A stretch of 64,000 nucleotides of DNA from Bacteroidales bacterium (GTDB taxonomy: Bacteria > Bacteroidota > Bacteroidia > Bacteroidales > VadinHA17): contig JAXGYS010000004.1 in assembly GCA_040772125.1 (NCBI GenBank), positions 184,021 through 248,020 on the forward strand, written 5' to 3'. Below are positions 35,456 to 44,505 of this stretch, piece by piece. Position numbers and translations under genes: made by a program. The notes beneath the pieces were generated by a model. That model was not told the DNA's origin. It saw only the letters and a program-made list of their open reading frames with translations, and searched no databases. The stretch's first letter is position 1. Every line of letters begins with the position of its first letter.

Positions 35456-35567
35456 AATCATAACTTAGAGCAATGTCCCCTTTCAGATTCCGGTCAAAGG
35501 CTGAATACGACTAAAAGGAATAACATAATTCCGCCGTGACATACTTGAACCTAAAAACCAAATTGAG

Positions 35568-36014
35568 ATGAGAAAACTTCAGGAATTGATTTTCAGGACC
35601 GTTGATGACAACAGGTCACTTCTGCCAAGACTGATCGTTGGTCTGGTTTTTCTTTCGGAAGGAATACAGAAATTCCTTTTCCCGGAAAGTGTGGGTGCTG
35701 GACGTTTTGAGAAGATAGGATTCTCAAATCCTGAATTTCTTGCTGCATTTGTGGCATCGTTTGAAATTGCATGCGGAGCCCTTATTCTGGTTGGCCTCTC
35801 AGTAAGGATAGCTGCTATACCTGTCCTGATAATAATGATAACAGCCATATCAACCACCAAAATTACGATACTGTCGGAGAAAGGGTTCTGGTCGATGGCC
35901 CATGAAACAAGAACAGACTTTTCAATGACCCTTCTTTCAGTTTTTATCCTCATCTACGGAGCAGGCCGCCTGTCGGTCGATCACTTCATTATGGAAAAAA
36001 TGAGAAGGAGATAA
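35568..36014 (+). CDS. DoxX family membrane protein
   Basis: LLPRLIVGLVFLSEGIQKFLFP...GAGRFEKIG; four TM segments. Confidence 0.8.
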   Translation: MRKLQELIFRTVDDNRSLLPRLIVGLVFLSEGIQKFLFPESVGAGRFEKIGFSNPEFLAAFVASFEIACGALILVGLSVRIAAIPVLIIMITAISTTKITILSEKGFWSMAHETRTDFSMTLLSVFILIYGAGRLSVDHFIMEKMRRR

Positions 36015-36134
36015 ATCCCCCTTCACTGTATTCCCATTGCATCGCATTAAGCCTGTCAGGCTCAATAGCCTCACAATCATGCTTTTTAATTAACCTGAAC
36101 AGTTGTAAAAAGCTATTGAATAATTTATGTAATA

Positions 36135-36713
36135 TTGAAGCCTCAAAAACAGATTGCCATGACAGAACAAATAAGGCAGATCGGAGCAAGGATAAGGGAA
36201 CTCCGTGATATTTCAGGAATAACGGCAAAAGAGCTGGCAGCAAAGCTGGGGCTTCCGGAAGAGCTGTATGTCAGATATGAAAGCGGTGAAGCCGACATCC
36301 CCGTGGGAGTGCTTTTCGAAATATCCGAGATGTTCAATGTCGAACTTTCGGTCCTGCTGGGAGGTGAGGGACCCAAACTCCACGTTTTCGGGATAGTGAG
36401 AAAGGGCAAGGGCCTGAAGCTTGAACGAAGGCAGCAGTACAAATACGAGAGCCTTGCCTGCAACTTTATACATAAGAAAGCAGAGATTTTCATGGTAACG
36501 ATCGATCCCAAACCGGCAGATACCCTGCTTGATTTCAATTCCCACCCGGGTCAGGAATTCAACTATGTAATTAAAGGATCGATGATGACTATCATCGATG
36601 GGCACGAAATAATCCTGAATGAGGGCGATTCGATCTACTTCGACTCAGGCTGCAATCACGCCATGAAAGCCCTTAACAATGAGCAGGTGAAATTTCTTGC
36701 AATGGTTTTATAG
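36135..36713 (+). CDS. XRE-family HTH transcriptional regulator with a C-terminal cupin domain
   Basis: IGARIRELRDISGITAKELAAKLGLPEELYVRYESGEADIPVGVLFEISEMFNV (HTH_3), then a cupin segment HPGQEFNYVIKG...GDSIYFDSGCNHA. Confidence 0.85.
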   Translation: MKPQKQIAMTEQIRQIGARIRELRDISGITAKELAAKLGLPEELYVRYESGEADIPVGVLFEISEMFNVELSVLLGGEGPKLHVFGIVRKGKGLKLERRQQYKYESLACNFIHKKAEIFMVTIDPKPADTLLDFNSHPGQEFNYVIKGSMMTIIDGHEIILNEGDSIYFDSGCNHAMKALNNEQVKFLAMVL

Positions 36714-36731
36714 TTAAAACGGATACTGAAA

Positions 36732-38387
36732 ATGCTTCTTGACAAATACCTTAAAAAGATTGATTTTAAATCATACCAGGAGTTTAAATCGGAATTTGAA
36801 GTAACGATACCCTCCGGATTCAATTTTGCCTTTGACGTGGTCGACGAAACTGCACGCATCAATCCTGAAAAGACTGCAATGGTGTGGTGCGATGACAAAG
36901 GCGGTGAAGCCGTTTTCACATTCGGACAGATGAAATATTTCAGCGACAAGGCTGCAAATTTCTTCATGTCGAAGGGCATCCGCAAGGGAGATCCGGTTAT
37001 GCTGATCCTCAAAAGACACTATACTTTCTGGTTCTGCACCCTCGGACTTAACAAGATAGGGGCAGTCACCATTCCTGCCACTCACCTGCTTTCAACAAAG
37101 GATATTGTATACAGGAACAACGCTGCCGATATTAAAATGATAGTCTGTGTTTCCGATCCTGATGTGATACAGCATGTTGAAGAATCCGAAAGCAGTTCGC
37201 CCTCCCTGAAGTGCAAAGCCCTGGTAGGACCGGGGAAAGATGGATGGATCGACTTTTCGAAAGGCATGGATGAAAGCCAGGAGGTATTCACCAGACCCTG
37301 TCCCGCCGGATCGGTAAGGAATGATGATACAATGCTCCTTTATTTCACTTCCGGCACAACCGGAATGCCAAAAATGGTGACTCACGACTTCACCTATCCT
37401 CTCGGACATATAGTTACTGCAAAATACTGGCAGTGCGTTCAGGACAACGGACTTCATTTCACCATAGCTGACACAGGATGGGCAAAGTCGGCATGGGGAA
37501 AAATATACGGTCAATGGATCGCGGGAAGTGCCGTCATGACTTATGATTACGACAGATTCGTCCCCAAAGATATTCTGCAGATAATTGAAAAATACAAGGT
37601 TACGACATTCTGCGCACCTCCTACGATTTACAGGTTTCTTATAAAGGAAGACCTTGGAAGCTATGACCTTGGCAGTCTGAATAACTGTGTTGTGGCAGGT
37701 GAGCCATTGAATCCCGAGGTGTTTAAATTCTTCCTCGAGAAAACAGGACTTAGGTTAATGGAGGGATACGGTCAGACAGAATGCACAGTCGCTCTTGCCA
37801 CCTGGCCGTGGATGACGCCCAAACCCGGATCAATGGGAAAACCGTCGCCGGGCTATGACATTGAAATTGTTGATGAAACGGGAAGCCCCTGCGAAATCGG
37901 ATATGAAGGAGAAATTGTAATTCATACTGACAGACGAAAACCGGTTGGCATGTTCAGGGGATATTACAGGGATGATGAACTTACAAAGAAGGTGTGGTCT
38001 GATGGTGTTTACAGAACCGGCGACATGGCCTGGCGCGACGAGGACGGATATTTCTGGTTTGTTGGCAGGGCGGATGATATAATAAAGAGTTCCGGTTACA
38101 GGATCGGTCCCTTCGAGGTCGAAAGCGCCCTCATCGAACATCCTGCTGTTCTTGAATGTGCGGTCACCGCTGTTCCCGACCCCGACAGGGGACAGATCGT
38201 AAAAGCGACAATAGTGCTTTCAAAAAATTACCAGCCCGGAGATGAGCTTGCAAAAGAGCTTCAGGAACATGTAAAGAAGGTCACAGCTCCCTATAAGTAC
38301 CCGAGGATTATCGAGTTTGTTTCGGAATTACCGAAAACTATCAGCGGTAAGATAAGGAGGGTGCAGTTAAGGGAGAAAGATAGATAA
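36732..38387 (+). CDS. AMP-forming acyl-CoA synthetase (medium-chain/ACSM-like)
   Basis: AMP-binding motifs [43 protein letters not shown] and [10 protein letters not shown]. Confidence 0.9.
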   Translation: MLLDKYLKKIDFKSYQEFKSEFEVTIPSGFNFAFDVVDETARINPEKTAMVWCDDKGGEAVFTFGQMKYFSDKAANFFMSKGIRKGDPVMLILKRHYTFWFCTLGLNKIGAVTIPATHLLSTKDIVYRNNAADIKMIVCVSDPDVIQHVEESESSSPSLKCKALVGPGKDGWIDFSKGMDESQEVFTRPCPAGSVRNDDTMLLYFTSGTTGMPKMVTHDFTYPLGHIVTAKYWQCVQDNGLHFTIADTGWAKSAWGKIYGQWIAGSAVMTYDYDRFVPKDILQIIEKYKVTTFCAPPTIYRFLIKEDLGSYDLGSLNNCVVAGEPLNPEVFKFFLEKTGLRLMEGYGQTECTVALATWPWMTPKPGSMGKPSPGYDIEIVDETGSPCEIGYEGEIVIHTDRRKPVGMFRGYYRDDELTKKVWSDGVYRTGDMAWRDEDGYFWFVGRADDIIKSSGYRIGPFEVESALIEHPAVLECAVTAVPDPDRGQIVKATIVLSKNYQPGDELAKELQEHVKKVTAPYKYPRIIEFVSELPKTISGKIRRVQLREKDR

Positions 38388-38445
38388 TTTTCACATTAAT
38401 CATCTGCGATACAATGAACAACAAAAAGGCCTCCTTGTTAATTAT

Positions 38446-39051
38446 ATGGACACCGGATCCCTGTACTCTCAAAAATATTCGCTCACCATGGAAGCTCATA
38501 ACACCCTGTCGACTGAAAAACGTGAGGAACTGCTCAGGATACTGAAAGACCGTTTTGAGAATAACATGAACCGTCATAAGGGTCTTGAATGGGCCAGTGT
38601 GCATTCGAGATTGAATGCCAGTCCTTCCAGGCTAAAGTCACTCTATGCAATGGAGCAAACCGGAGGCGAGCCCGATGTTGTTGACTATGACAGGGAAAAT
38701 GACCGGTATGTTTTCTTTGACTGTTCGCCTGAAAGTCCTGAAGGCCGCAGAAACCTTTGCTACGATCGCCAGGCCCTCGATTCAAGGAAAACAGCCAGGC
38801 CAAAAGACAGTGCCATGGATATGGCAGCCGCGATGGGCATCGGAATGCTTACTGAGGAACAATACAGCCAACTACAGAATCTTGGCAGTTTCGACACCCG
38901 AACCTCCAGCTGGTTAAAAACACCTCCTGAAATCAGGAATCTTGGAGGGGCCCTCTTTGGCGACCGCCGGTACGGACAAGTTTTCCTGTACCACAACGGC
39001 GCATCATCCTATTACAGCTCAAGGGGCTTTAGGGGATTTCTAACGGTATGA
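38446..39051 (+). CDS. DUF4256 domain protein (intact copy)
   Basis: MEQTGGEPDVVDYD...FFDCSPESPEGRRNLCYD...LTEEQYSQLQNLGSFDTRTSSWLKTPPEIRNLGGALFGDRRYGQVFLYHNGASSYYSSRGFRG. Confidence 0.8.
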   Translation: MDTGSLYSQKYSLTMEAHNTLSTEKREELLRILKDRFENNMNRHKGLEWASVHSRLNASPSRLKSLYAMEQTGGEPDVVDYDRENDRYVFFDCSPESPEGRRNLCYDRQALDSRKTARPKDSAMDMAAAMGIGMLTEEQYSQLQNLGSFDTRTSSWLKTPPEIRNLGGALFGDRRYGQVFLYHNGASSYYSSRGFRGFLTV

Positions 39052-39112
39052 ACAAGCAGCATTAACCAACTCCCCCGGCCTGAATCAAGGCATCTGACCC
39101 TGTCAACCAGCA

Positions 39113-40402
39113 TCAGAAGATGATCATCATTCCGCCTCCGCCCCCTCTGTTGCCGAATCTCGGATTAACTACATTATTATAGATCGATCCGAAAGTAAAG
39201 GTGAGGCCAAAGCTTGTGAAATACTGGAACTGGGTTTCAAGTTCCTTCCTTCTGAGCAGAACTTCTTCCTGAGTCGCCCCTCCTTTCACAAGACCGAGCT
39301 GGTCGTGGATCAGCGATGCTCCTCCTCCGAAATTCACCGACAAGCCCTTGAAGATCCTTACATCGACGAACCCATTTACCGACAGGTTGTTCATTGACCA
39401 GTCGTGCAGATAGTTGCTGTATTCCATATTAAGATCAATAGTGCCCCATTTCTGGACCACCTCGTAGGCCGCCTGAATCGAATGACGGAAATGACCTTCG
39501 TTCAGCTTATCGTAGATCGTGGAATCGTTATACTCAGCATATCTGTATCCTATTGAATACAGAAGCCTTAACTGCCTTCTGGTCGATTCATTATAAGGAA
39601 ATATATCGTACTCTATTCCGGGCATAAACTCGGTTGCAACCTTAAGATTGTTATAGCTCGAAGCTTCCAGCTCGAAAGAACCTCCGTAGGACCAGTGGTC
39701 TGAAATACTCCTGACGATCAGGGCATCAAAAGATTGTGAGTTGTTTGAACTTTCAATGAGGTCGTCATCGATCTCGAACTTATCATGACCGTAGTTATAG
39801 CGGGCTCGCAGGTCAATCTTCCAGTTTTCGGTTACCCTGCTTGCAGAGAAGTTGCCGCTGAAGTTCGCTGACTTTATGGATTGTTGTCCGTCGAGGAATC
39901 CGTTGAGCCTGGCCCTGAAAACCCAGCTGTTCCATTTATCAGTCGACACTGTTTCGGCAATCGGCTCGGTGAAGGAGATCTTTATGTACTTCCAAAGTGG
40001 TGTTTTCACCAGATAACGCATAAGCCCCATTTTAAGGACACTGACCTGATTCTCTCTTATTTCTTCCTGAGTGGCGTCAGGATTTGATGCAAAAGAAACG
40101 GTGTCGTTCATTCCTGCATATTCATGCTGCCCGAAAAAGAAATAAGAATACTCCCTTCCTCCTGATCCGGTAGGCTGGGATGTGGAAATTATGTAAACAC
40201 CGGCATCCTTCAGATCCCTTACATAATTTACATAGGGTATCTCCTTTTTTATGTAATCGGAGGCGTCCATAAATACATTGAGGGCGTCTTTTCTTAAAGA
40301 GTCAGGTTCCGGTGAAATACTCCCGGAAAAAGCAGGAATGCAGAAAAGAAACAGGGAGAGCAGAACAGCGAAATTTTTCATGGCTTCAGACAAGTTAGTC
40401 AA
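39113..40402 (-). CDS. Hypothetical outer-membrane beta-barrel protein
   Basis: Signal peptide. Alternating hydrophobic beta-strand pattern with an aromatic-rich C-terminal half. Gly-rich tail ending in F. Confidence 0.55.
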   Translation of the reverse strand: MTNLSEAMKNFAVLLSLFLFCIPAFSGSISPEPDSLRKDALNVFMDASDYIKKEIPYVNYVRDLKDAGVYIISTSQPTGSGGREYSYFFFGQHEYAGMNDTVSFASNPDATQEEIRENQVSVLKMGLMRYLVKTPLWKYIKISFTEPIAETVSTDKWNSWVFRARLNGFLDGQQSIKSANFSGNFSASRVTENWKIDLRARYNYGHDKFEIDDDLIESSNNSQSFDALIVRSISDHWSYGGSFELEASSYNNLKVATEFMPGIEYDIFPYNESTRRQLRLLYSIGYRYAEYNDSTIYDKLNEGHFRHSIQAAYEVVQKWGTIDLNMEYSNYLHDWSMNNLSVNGFVDVRIFKGLSVNFGGGASLIHDQLGLVKGGATQEEVLLRRKELETQFQYFTSFGLTFTFGSIYNNVVNPRFGNRGGGGGMMIIF

Positions 40403-40626
40403 GTTAGGGTCCGAATATACGACAAGGTATTTAACTGACTGATAACCTTAACATCAATTAACAAATCATTAACATGATCAACCTTAAATCCATCAGTCAC
40501 AATAGTCCCTGAATGTATTATTGAACCGATTTTTATGATGATGATTGCTGCAGGAATAACAACCTGAATAGTTCAATGCGGGAAACTGGTTACTTTTCCT
40601 TCAGGGCAGTGTTAAAGCAAATCCGT

Positions 40627-41241
40627 TCAGATTCCATCAGGGCTTAATAATGTTACGATAAAAACTCCGGCACCGCCCTCCACCCTTGAGCTTATCGTTA
40701 GTCCGGACTCTCCTGCCAGCCTCTGGATACCACCCCCTTCCATATATTTCCTGAAGCTGCGGTAATGGTCGCCCCCTGCTATCCATTCTATTCCCCATGC
40801 GAGCCATGATGCCGGACCGGGTCTCACAGGGCAGTTATAGTCGGCGATTATGATGCGCCGGGCAATGCGTTTCATTTCACGGAAAACCTTTATACCAGTT
40901 TCCGGGTCAAACTGGTGCATGGCGAGAGCTGAAACAGCCGTATCAAAGCTATGGCCCGGGTAGCAAGAAAGGTCGGTCGCGTCGAGAAGATGGAATGATA
41001 CATTGCCGGCTTTCCGCTTCTTCGCCATAATGATTGCAGTAGTAATCATGTCTTCCGACAGGTCGATGCCCGTGACATGGCCGGCACGGCCTGACATTTC
41101 CAGCGACAATGCCCCCGTTCCGCAGGCAATGTCGATAACCTTTTCTCCTGGCAGGATCATTGAGACCAAACGCTTTCTGAGTCCGGAGATAAGAGGGTCA
41201 ATGAATATCCGGTATATGAATCCTTTAAAAGAAAATTCCAT
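40627..41241 (-). CDS. Class I SAM-dependent methyltransferase
   Basis: Motif I VIDIACGTGALS. LLDATDL and ALAMHQF are also present. I set the start at MEFSFKG (41241) because a TATATTTG box lies 17-24 nt upstream. Confidence 0.85.
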   Translation of the reverse strand: MEFSFKGFIYRIFIDPLISGLRKRLVSMILPGEKVIDIACGTGALSLEMSGRAGHVTGIDLSEDMITTAIIMAKKRKAGNVSFHLLDATDLSCYPGHSFDTAVSALAMHQFDPETGIKVFREMKRIARRIIIADYNCPVRPGPASWLAWGIEWIAGGDHYRSFRKYMEGGGIQRLAGESGLTISSRVEGGAGVFIVTLLSPDGI

Positions 41242-41257
41242 GCAATGTTTTATGGTA

Positions 41258-41265
41258 CAAATATA
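41258..41265 (-). promoter_or_regulatory. Bacteroidota-type -7 box TATATTTG (minus strand)
   Basis: Plus-strand caaatata. It lies 17-24 nt upstream of the methyltransferase ATG. Confidence 0.4.
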
Positions 41266-41316
41266 GGTTATTCCCAACTTTTAATGGCCAGGCATGCTTT
41301 GAAGTATAGACCGTAA

Positions 41317-41769
41317 AACAATGTTCAGGCAAGGCTGGAATCCAATCCGGAAAAGCTGTGGTCATTGCATCAAATGGAACTAACCGGGGGCGAACCTGAT
41401 GTTGTCGGCAATGATGACATTACCGGAATTTACACTTTTTTTGATTGTTCACCTGAAAGTACGGCCGGCAGGAGAAATGTCTGCCATGACCGTGCCGCAC
41501 TGGACTCAAAAAAGACGGCAAAACCCAAAGGCAGCGCTGTTGATATGGCTCTCTCTTTTGGTATAGAGATTCTGACAGAAGAAGAATACCGGGAGCTGCA
41601 GAACCTGAGAAGTTTCGATACAAAAACCTCGAGCTGGCTGAAGACCCCACCCGGGATCAGGAAGCTGGGAGGTGCCATTTTCGGCGACCGCCGCTAAATT
41701 CATGTCTTCATTTACCACAACGGGGCCTCATCCAAAAGCTTCATCAGTTCAATCGCTCCGGATGCCTGA
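41317..41769 (+). pseudogene. Decayed DUF4256 paralog: N-terminus missing and an in-frame TAA where the intact copy has Tyr
   Basis: ...RLESNPEKLWSLHQMELTGGEPDVVG...SSWLKTPPGIRKLGGAIFGDRR*IHVFIYHNGASS aligns with 38446-39051 (GDRRYGQVFLYHNGASS). The stop is at 41695-41697. The tail overlaps the 3' end of the minus-strand gene at 41712-42692. Confidence 0.75.
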
Positions 41770-42692
41770 GACTTTTCATTGAACAGGTCATAGGGAAGGA
41801 CCTTCTGCAGCATACCGGTTACTTCGCCAGTTTCAGGATGAAAAAAATAAGCGGAGATCAATGAGGAACTGTCAATATTGAAAGCTTCAGGATTATATAC
41901 CGTTGATCCCGGATTAATTCCTGATGCCACTCCCATGATAAAATTGCCGGCAATCCTTCCCCCTGTAGGTTTTATTGTTCTGCAATGCAAAACAACCATT
42001 AACTGATTAACAGAATCGGCATTCCCTTCAACATATGGAACTTCAGTATTAAAACCCCTCTTATAATACTTGCCGACTGAAGGAGGTATTCCGTAGTATT
42101 TGATCAGATTGGGCTTTAACGAAAGCAGATATTTTATAACCTCCCCGGGTATCTTTGCATCACCGGAAGCATCAAACAAACTCTGACCATAGAGCCGGCA
42201 CTTGTCCTTTGCTGAAATGAATTCATCGTTCAGGAGATTTGTCATGAGGGCAGAGATTTTCTCAGAATCTTCGGCGGAAACTTCATACCTGTCGAGGTTA
42301 CCAACACCTTTATGCAGGACTGCCTCAACAAAAGGGGGCATGACCAGAAGAAGGGCATCCTTTCCGGCATTGCTGGCTTTAGCACTCGGTTCTACACCGG
42401 GTATTTTCTCAAGCCTGATTATTACATCAGCCGGTGAACCTTTTCTTATCCATACCGTGTCTTCCTTATATCCTCGTTTCATTGCCATGAAAGAAACACT
42501 GTCAGCTTTTCCAAAGAAGGTAACCTTACGTGTAATGCCTTCATTTCGTGATGTATCAACATCAATATATTCAATAATGTCTCTCTGCCTTATCAGACTT
42601 CCCTCAGGATATGCCTTAATATTGTAAACAGCAGATGAGCAGCCAGCAAGAACCATTAAAAGTATAAACAGGAAAGAAGCCAGGATTTTCAT
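41712..42692 (-). CDS. Hypothetical lipoprotein
   Basis: Lipobox leader MKILASFLFILLMVLAGCSS. I recognise no family. Confidence 0.6.
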   Translation of the reverse strand: MKILASFLFILLMVLAGCSSAVYNIKAYPEGSLIRQRDIIEYIDVDTSRNEGITRKVTFFGKADSVSFMAMKRGYKEDTVWIRKGSPADVIIRLEKIPGVEPSAKASNAGKDALLLVMPPFVEAVLHKGVGNLDRYEVSAEDSEKISALMTNLLNDEFISAKDKCRLYGQSLFDASGDAKIPGEVIKYLLSLKPNLIKYYGIPPSVGKYYKRGFNTEVPYVEGNADSVNQLMVVLHCRTIKPTGGRIAGNFIMGVASGINPGSTVYNPEAFNIDSSSLISAYFFHPETGEVTGMLQKVLPYDLFNEKSQASGAIELMKLLDEAPLW

Positions 42693-42872
42693 GGTGCAGG
42701 AGTATTAAGTTAATGACTGAAATAAGGAAATTCCAGGAGAATCGCTAAAAAAACAATACCAGATTTGTTTGTCTTCATACAACTAACGTTTCATTCGATA
42801 TGAAATGAGATCAATATCATTTTCGTTACAACTTAAGCACAGATTCAGAAAAAATCATTCATTTTGTAACAA

Positions 42873-43745
42873 ATGCTGCCGTTTGACCATATCAATGACA
42901 GCGATGAACATGATTTCGGTCATTTCATTGAATCGGTTTCGGGAGGTGATGCTTATGCCCTGAAGAACCTGAATTATGTTGTGATGTCGATGCTTAAGGT
43001 ATGGGCCAGGAGAGAGAGGCAGGAACTACGGTGGATAGCAGATGGCAGCAAATGCATTGATTACGGGGTTATAGTTAAAAAAATAATTGCAGACTACCTT
43101 GAAAAATACATGCATAATACTGTTGCACATTCATTTGCAGGATTCAGGGAATATGCAGTAAATGAATTCAGGATAAGGATAAGTGCCGGTTTTGCAGAAT
43201 TTCTGAAATTGCTGAAGGAAAACAACCATAAAGCCTGGAAGATCGTCTTTGAGGATCTTCAGTCAAGGTCAGCTTCATGGTTTTATAAGCGGAATCACTC
43301 CCTCAACGGCAGTGATTATTCAGTTTTTTCTTTGTCAATGGAGATTATCTATTCAAAGCTTATGGAAAACAAGGTCACGCTAAGTGATGCTGGTTCATTC
43401 AAGTCCTTTTTTTTCAGGATACTTGAAAACAAGGTTATGGAATCTCTCAAGGATCCGTTCCGCAAGCGGTTCGTCCCTCTTGAAGAAGCGGGAATAATTA
43501 GTATATTAAATCAGGAAAATGAATATTCAGTGTCAGATGATGAAAGCATTATCACCCTTAACGGCGCCATGAAAAACCTTAAGGATGATGAAAGGCTTAT
43601 TCTCGATGAATACTATTATGGGGGGAAAAGTCTTAAGGAAATAGCCGGTGAAACAAACCAGAGGGAAGAAAACGTTCGTATCAAGAAGTTCAGGGCTTTG
43701 AAAAAGCTTACGGTCTATTTTAAAAAAGCAGGCTATGGATCATAG
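42873..43745 (+). CDS. ECF-like sigma-70 family factor with an N-terminal extension of about 110 aa
   Basis: Region-2-like segment (AWKIVFEDLQSRSASWFYKR...SFKSFFFRILENKVMESLKDPFRKR). Region-4 HTH (ERLILDEYYYGGKSLKEIAGETNQREENVRIKKFRALKKL). An 11-nt overlap (ATGGATCATAG) links it to the next gene. Confidence 0.7.
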   Translation: MLPFDHINDSDEHDFGHFIESVSGGDAYALKNLNYVVMSMLKVWARRERQELRWIADGSKCIDYGVIVKKIIADYLEKYMHNTVAHSFAGFREYAVNEFRIRISAGFAEFLKLLKENNHKAWKIVFEDLQSRSASWFYKRNHSLNGSDYSVFSLSMEIIYSKLMENKVTLSDAGSFKSFFFRILENKVMESLKDPFRKRFVPLEEAGIISILNQENEYSVSDDESIITLNGAMKNLKDDERLILDEYYYGGKSLKEIAGETNQREENVRIKKFRALKKLTVYFKKAGYGS

Positions 43746-44505
43746 GGAAGCAGTCGACTGGAATATTGCCGAACTTTATTTGAGGCAGGAACTGTCGCCG
43801 GAAGATGAGGCGGCATTTGAGGAACATTTGCTTCATTGCGAAGAATGTCGTGAAGATCTCAATGAGCTTGAAGCTGTAATTGAATCCGTGGAAAGATACC
43901 ACAGAAACAGGTTTCAAAATGTTGCTGAAGAAAGCCCTTCCTTCAGGCGAAGCCTGATTTCCGGAAAGGTCTTTTTAAGAATTGCCGCAACCATATTGGT
44001 GATTGCCGGCCTGGCCGGTATTACAGACCTTCTGATTCGGGGCGACCAGTTTTCAAAACACTCGCCGGTTGCATTAGAAAGAGATGTTGAAAAGACAAAT
44101 GATACGGCATCAGTCCCTGAAACGAATGAGATCGCAGCCAGCCATGCCGTGAAAAACGTTCCTCAGCCTGATTCGCCTGGCCCTTATGACGGAAATTTCA
44201 CTCCGGACTCCTTTCTTGAAAGCATCATAAACAATAATTTGCGTGCAAATGATTTCAGAATCGTCCGTCCGTCAAATGATACTCTGACTGCAGTACCTGT
44301 TTTTGAATGGAACTACATGGAAAAAGAATTGCTGGTACTTGTTGTTTACAATAACAGGGAGCAGGAAATTTTTAAGAATTCTGTTGCCAATAAAACAAAA
44401 CCCCTATTGGAACTGGATCCGGGGCTGTATTACTGGCAGTTGCAGGACGAGGATGAAGTTCTGGCAACGGGCAGGTTCACCTATCTTCCGGCTGACGGCC
44501 AATGA
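43735..44505 (+). CDS. zf-HC2 anti-sigma factor, single-pass, with an extracytoplasmic C-terminal domain of about 150 aa
   Basis: HLLHCEECREDLNELE (zf-HC2), TM segment VFLRIAATILVIAGLAGITDLLI, and translational coupling to the sigma gene. Confidence 0.75.
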   Translation: MDHREAVDWNIAELYLRQELSPEDEAAFEEHLLHCEECREDLNELEAVIESVERYHRNRFQNVAEESPSFRRSLISGKVFLRIAATILVIAGLAGITDLLIRGDQFSKHSPVALERDVEKTNDTASVPETNEIAASHAVKNVPQPDSPGPYDGNFTPDSFLESIINNNLRANDFRIVRPSNDTLTAVPVFEWNYMEKELLVLVVYNNREQEIFKNSVANKTKPLLELDPGLYYWQLQDEDEVLATGRFTYLPADGQ

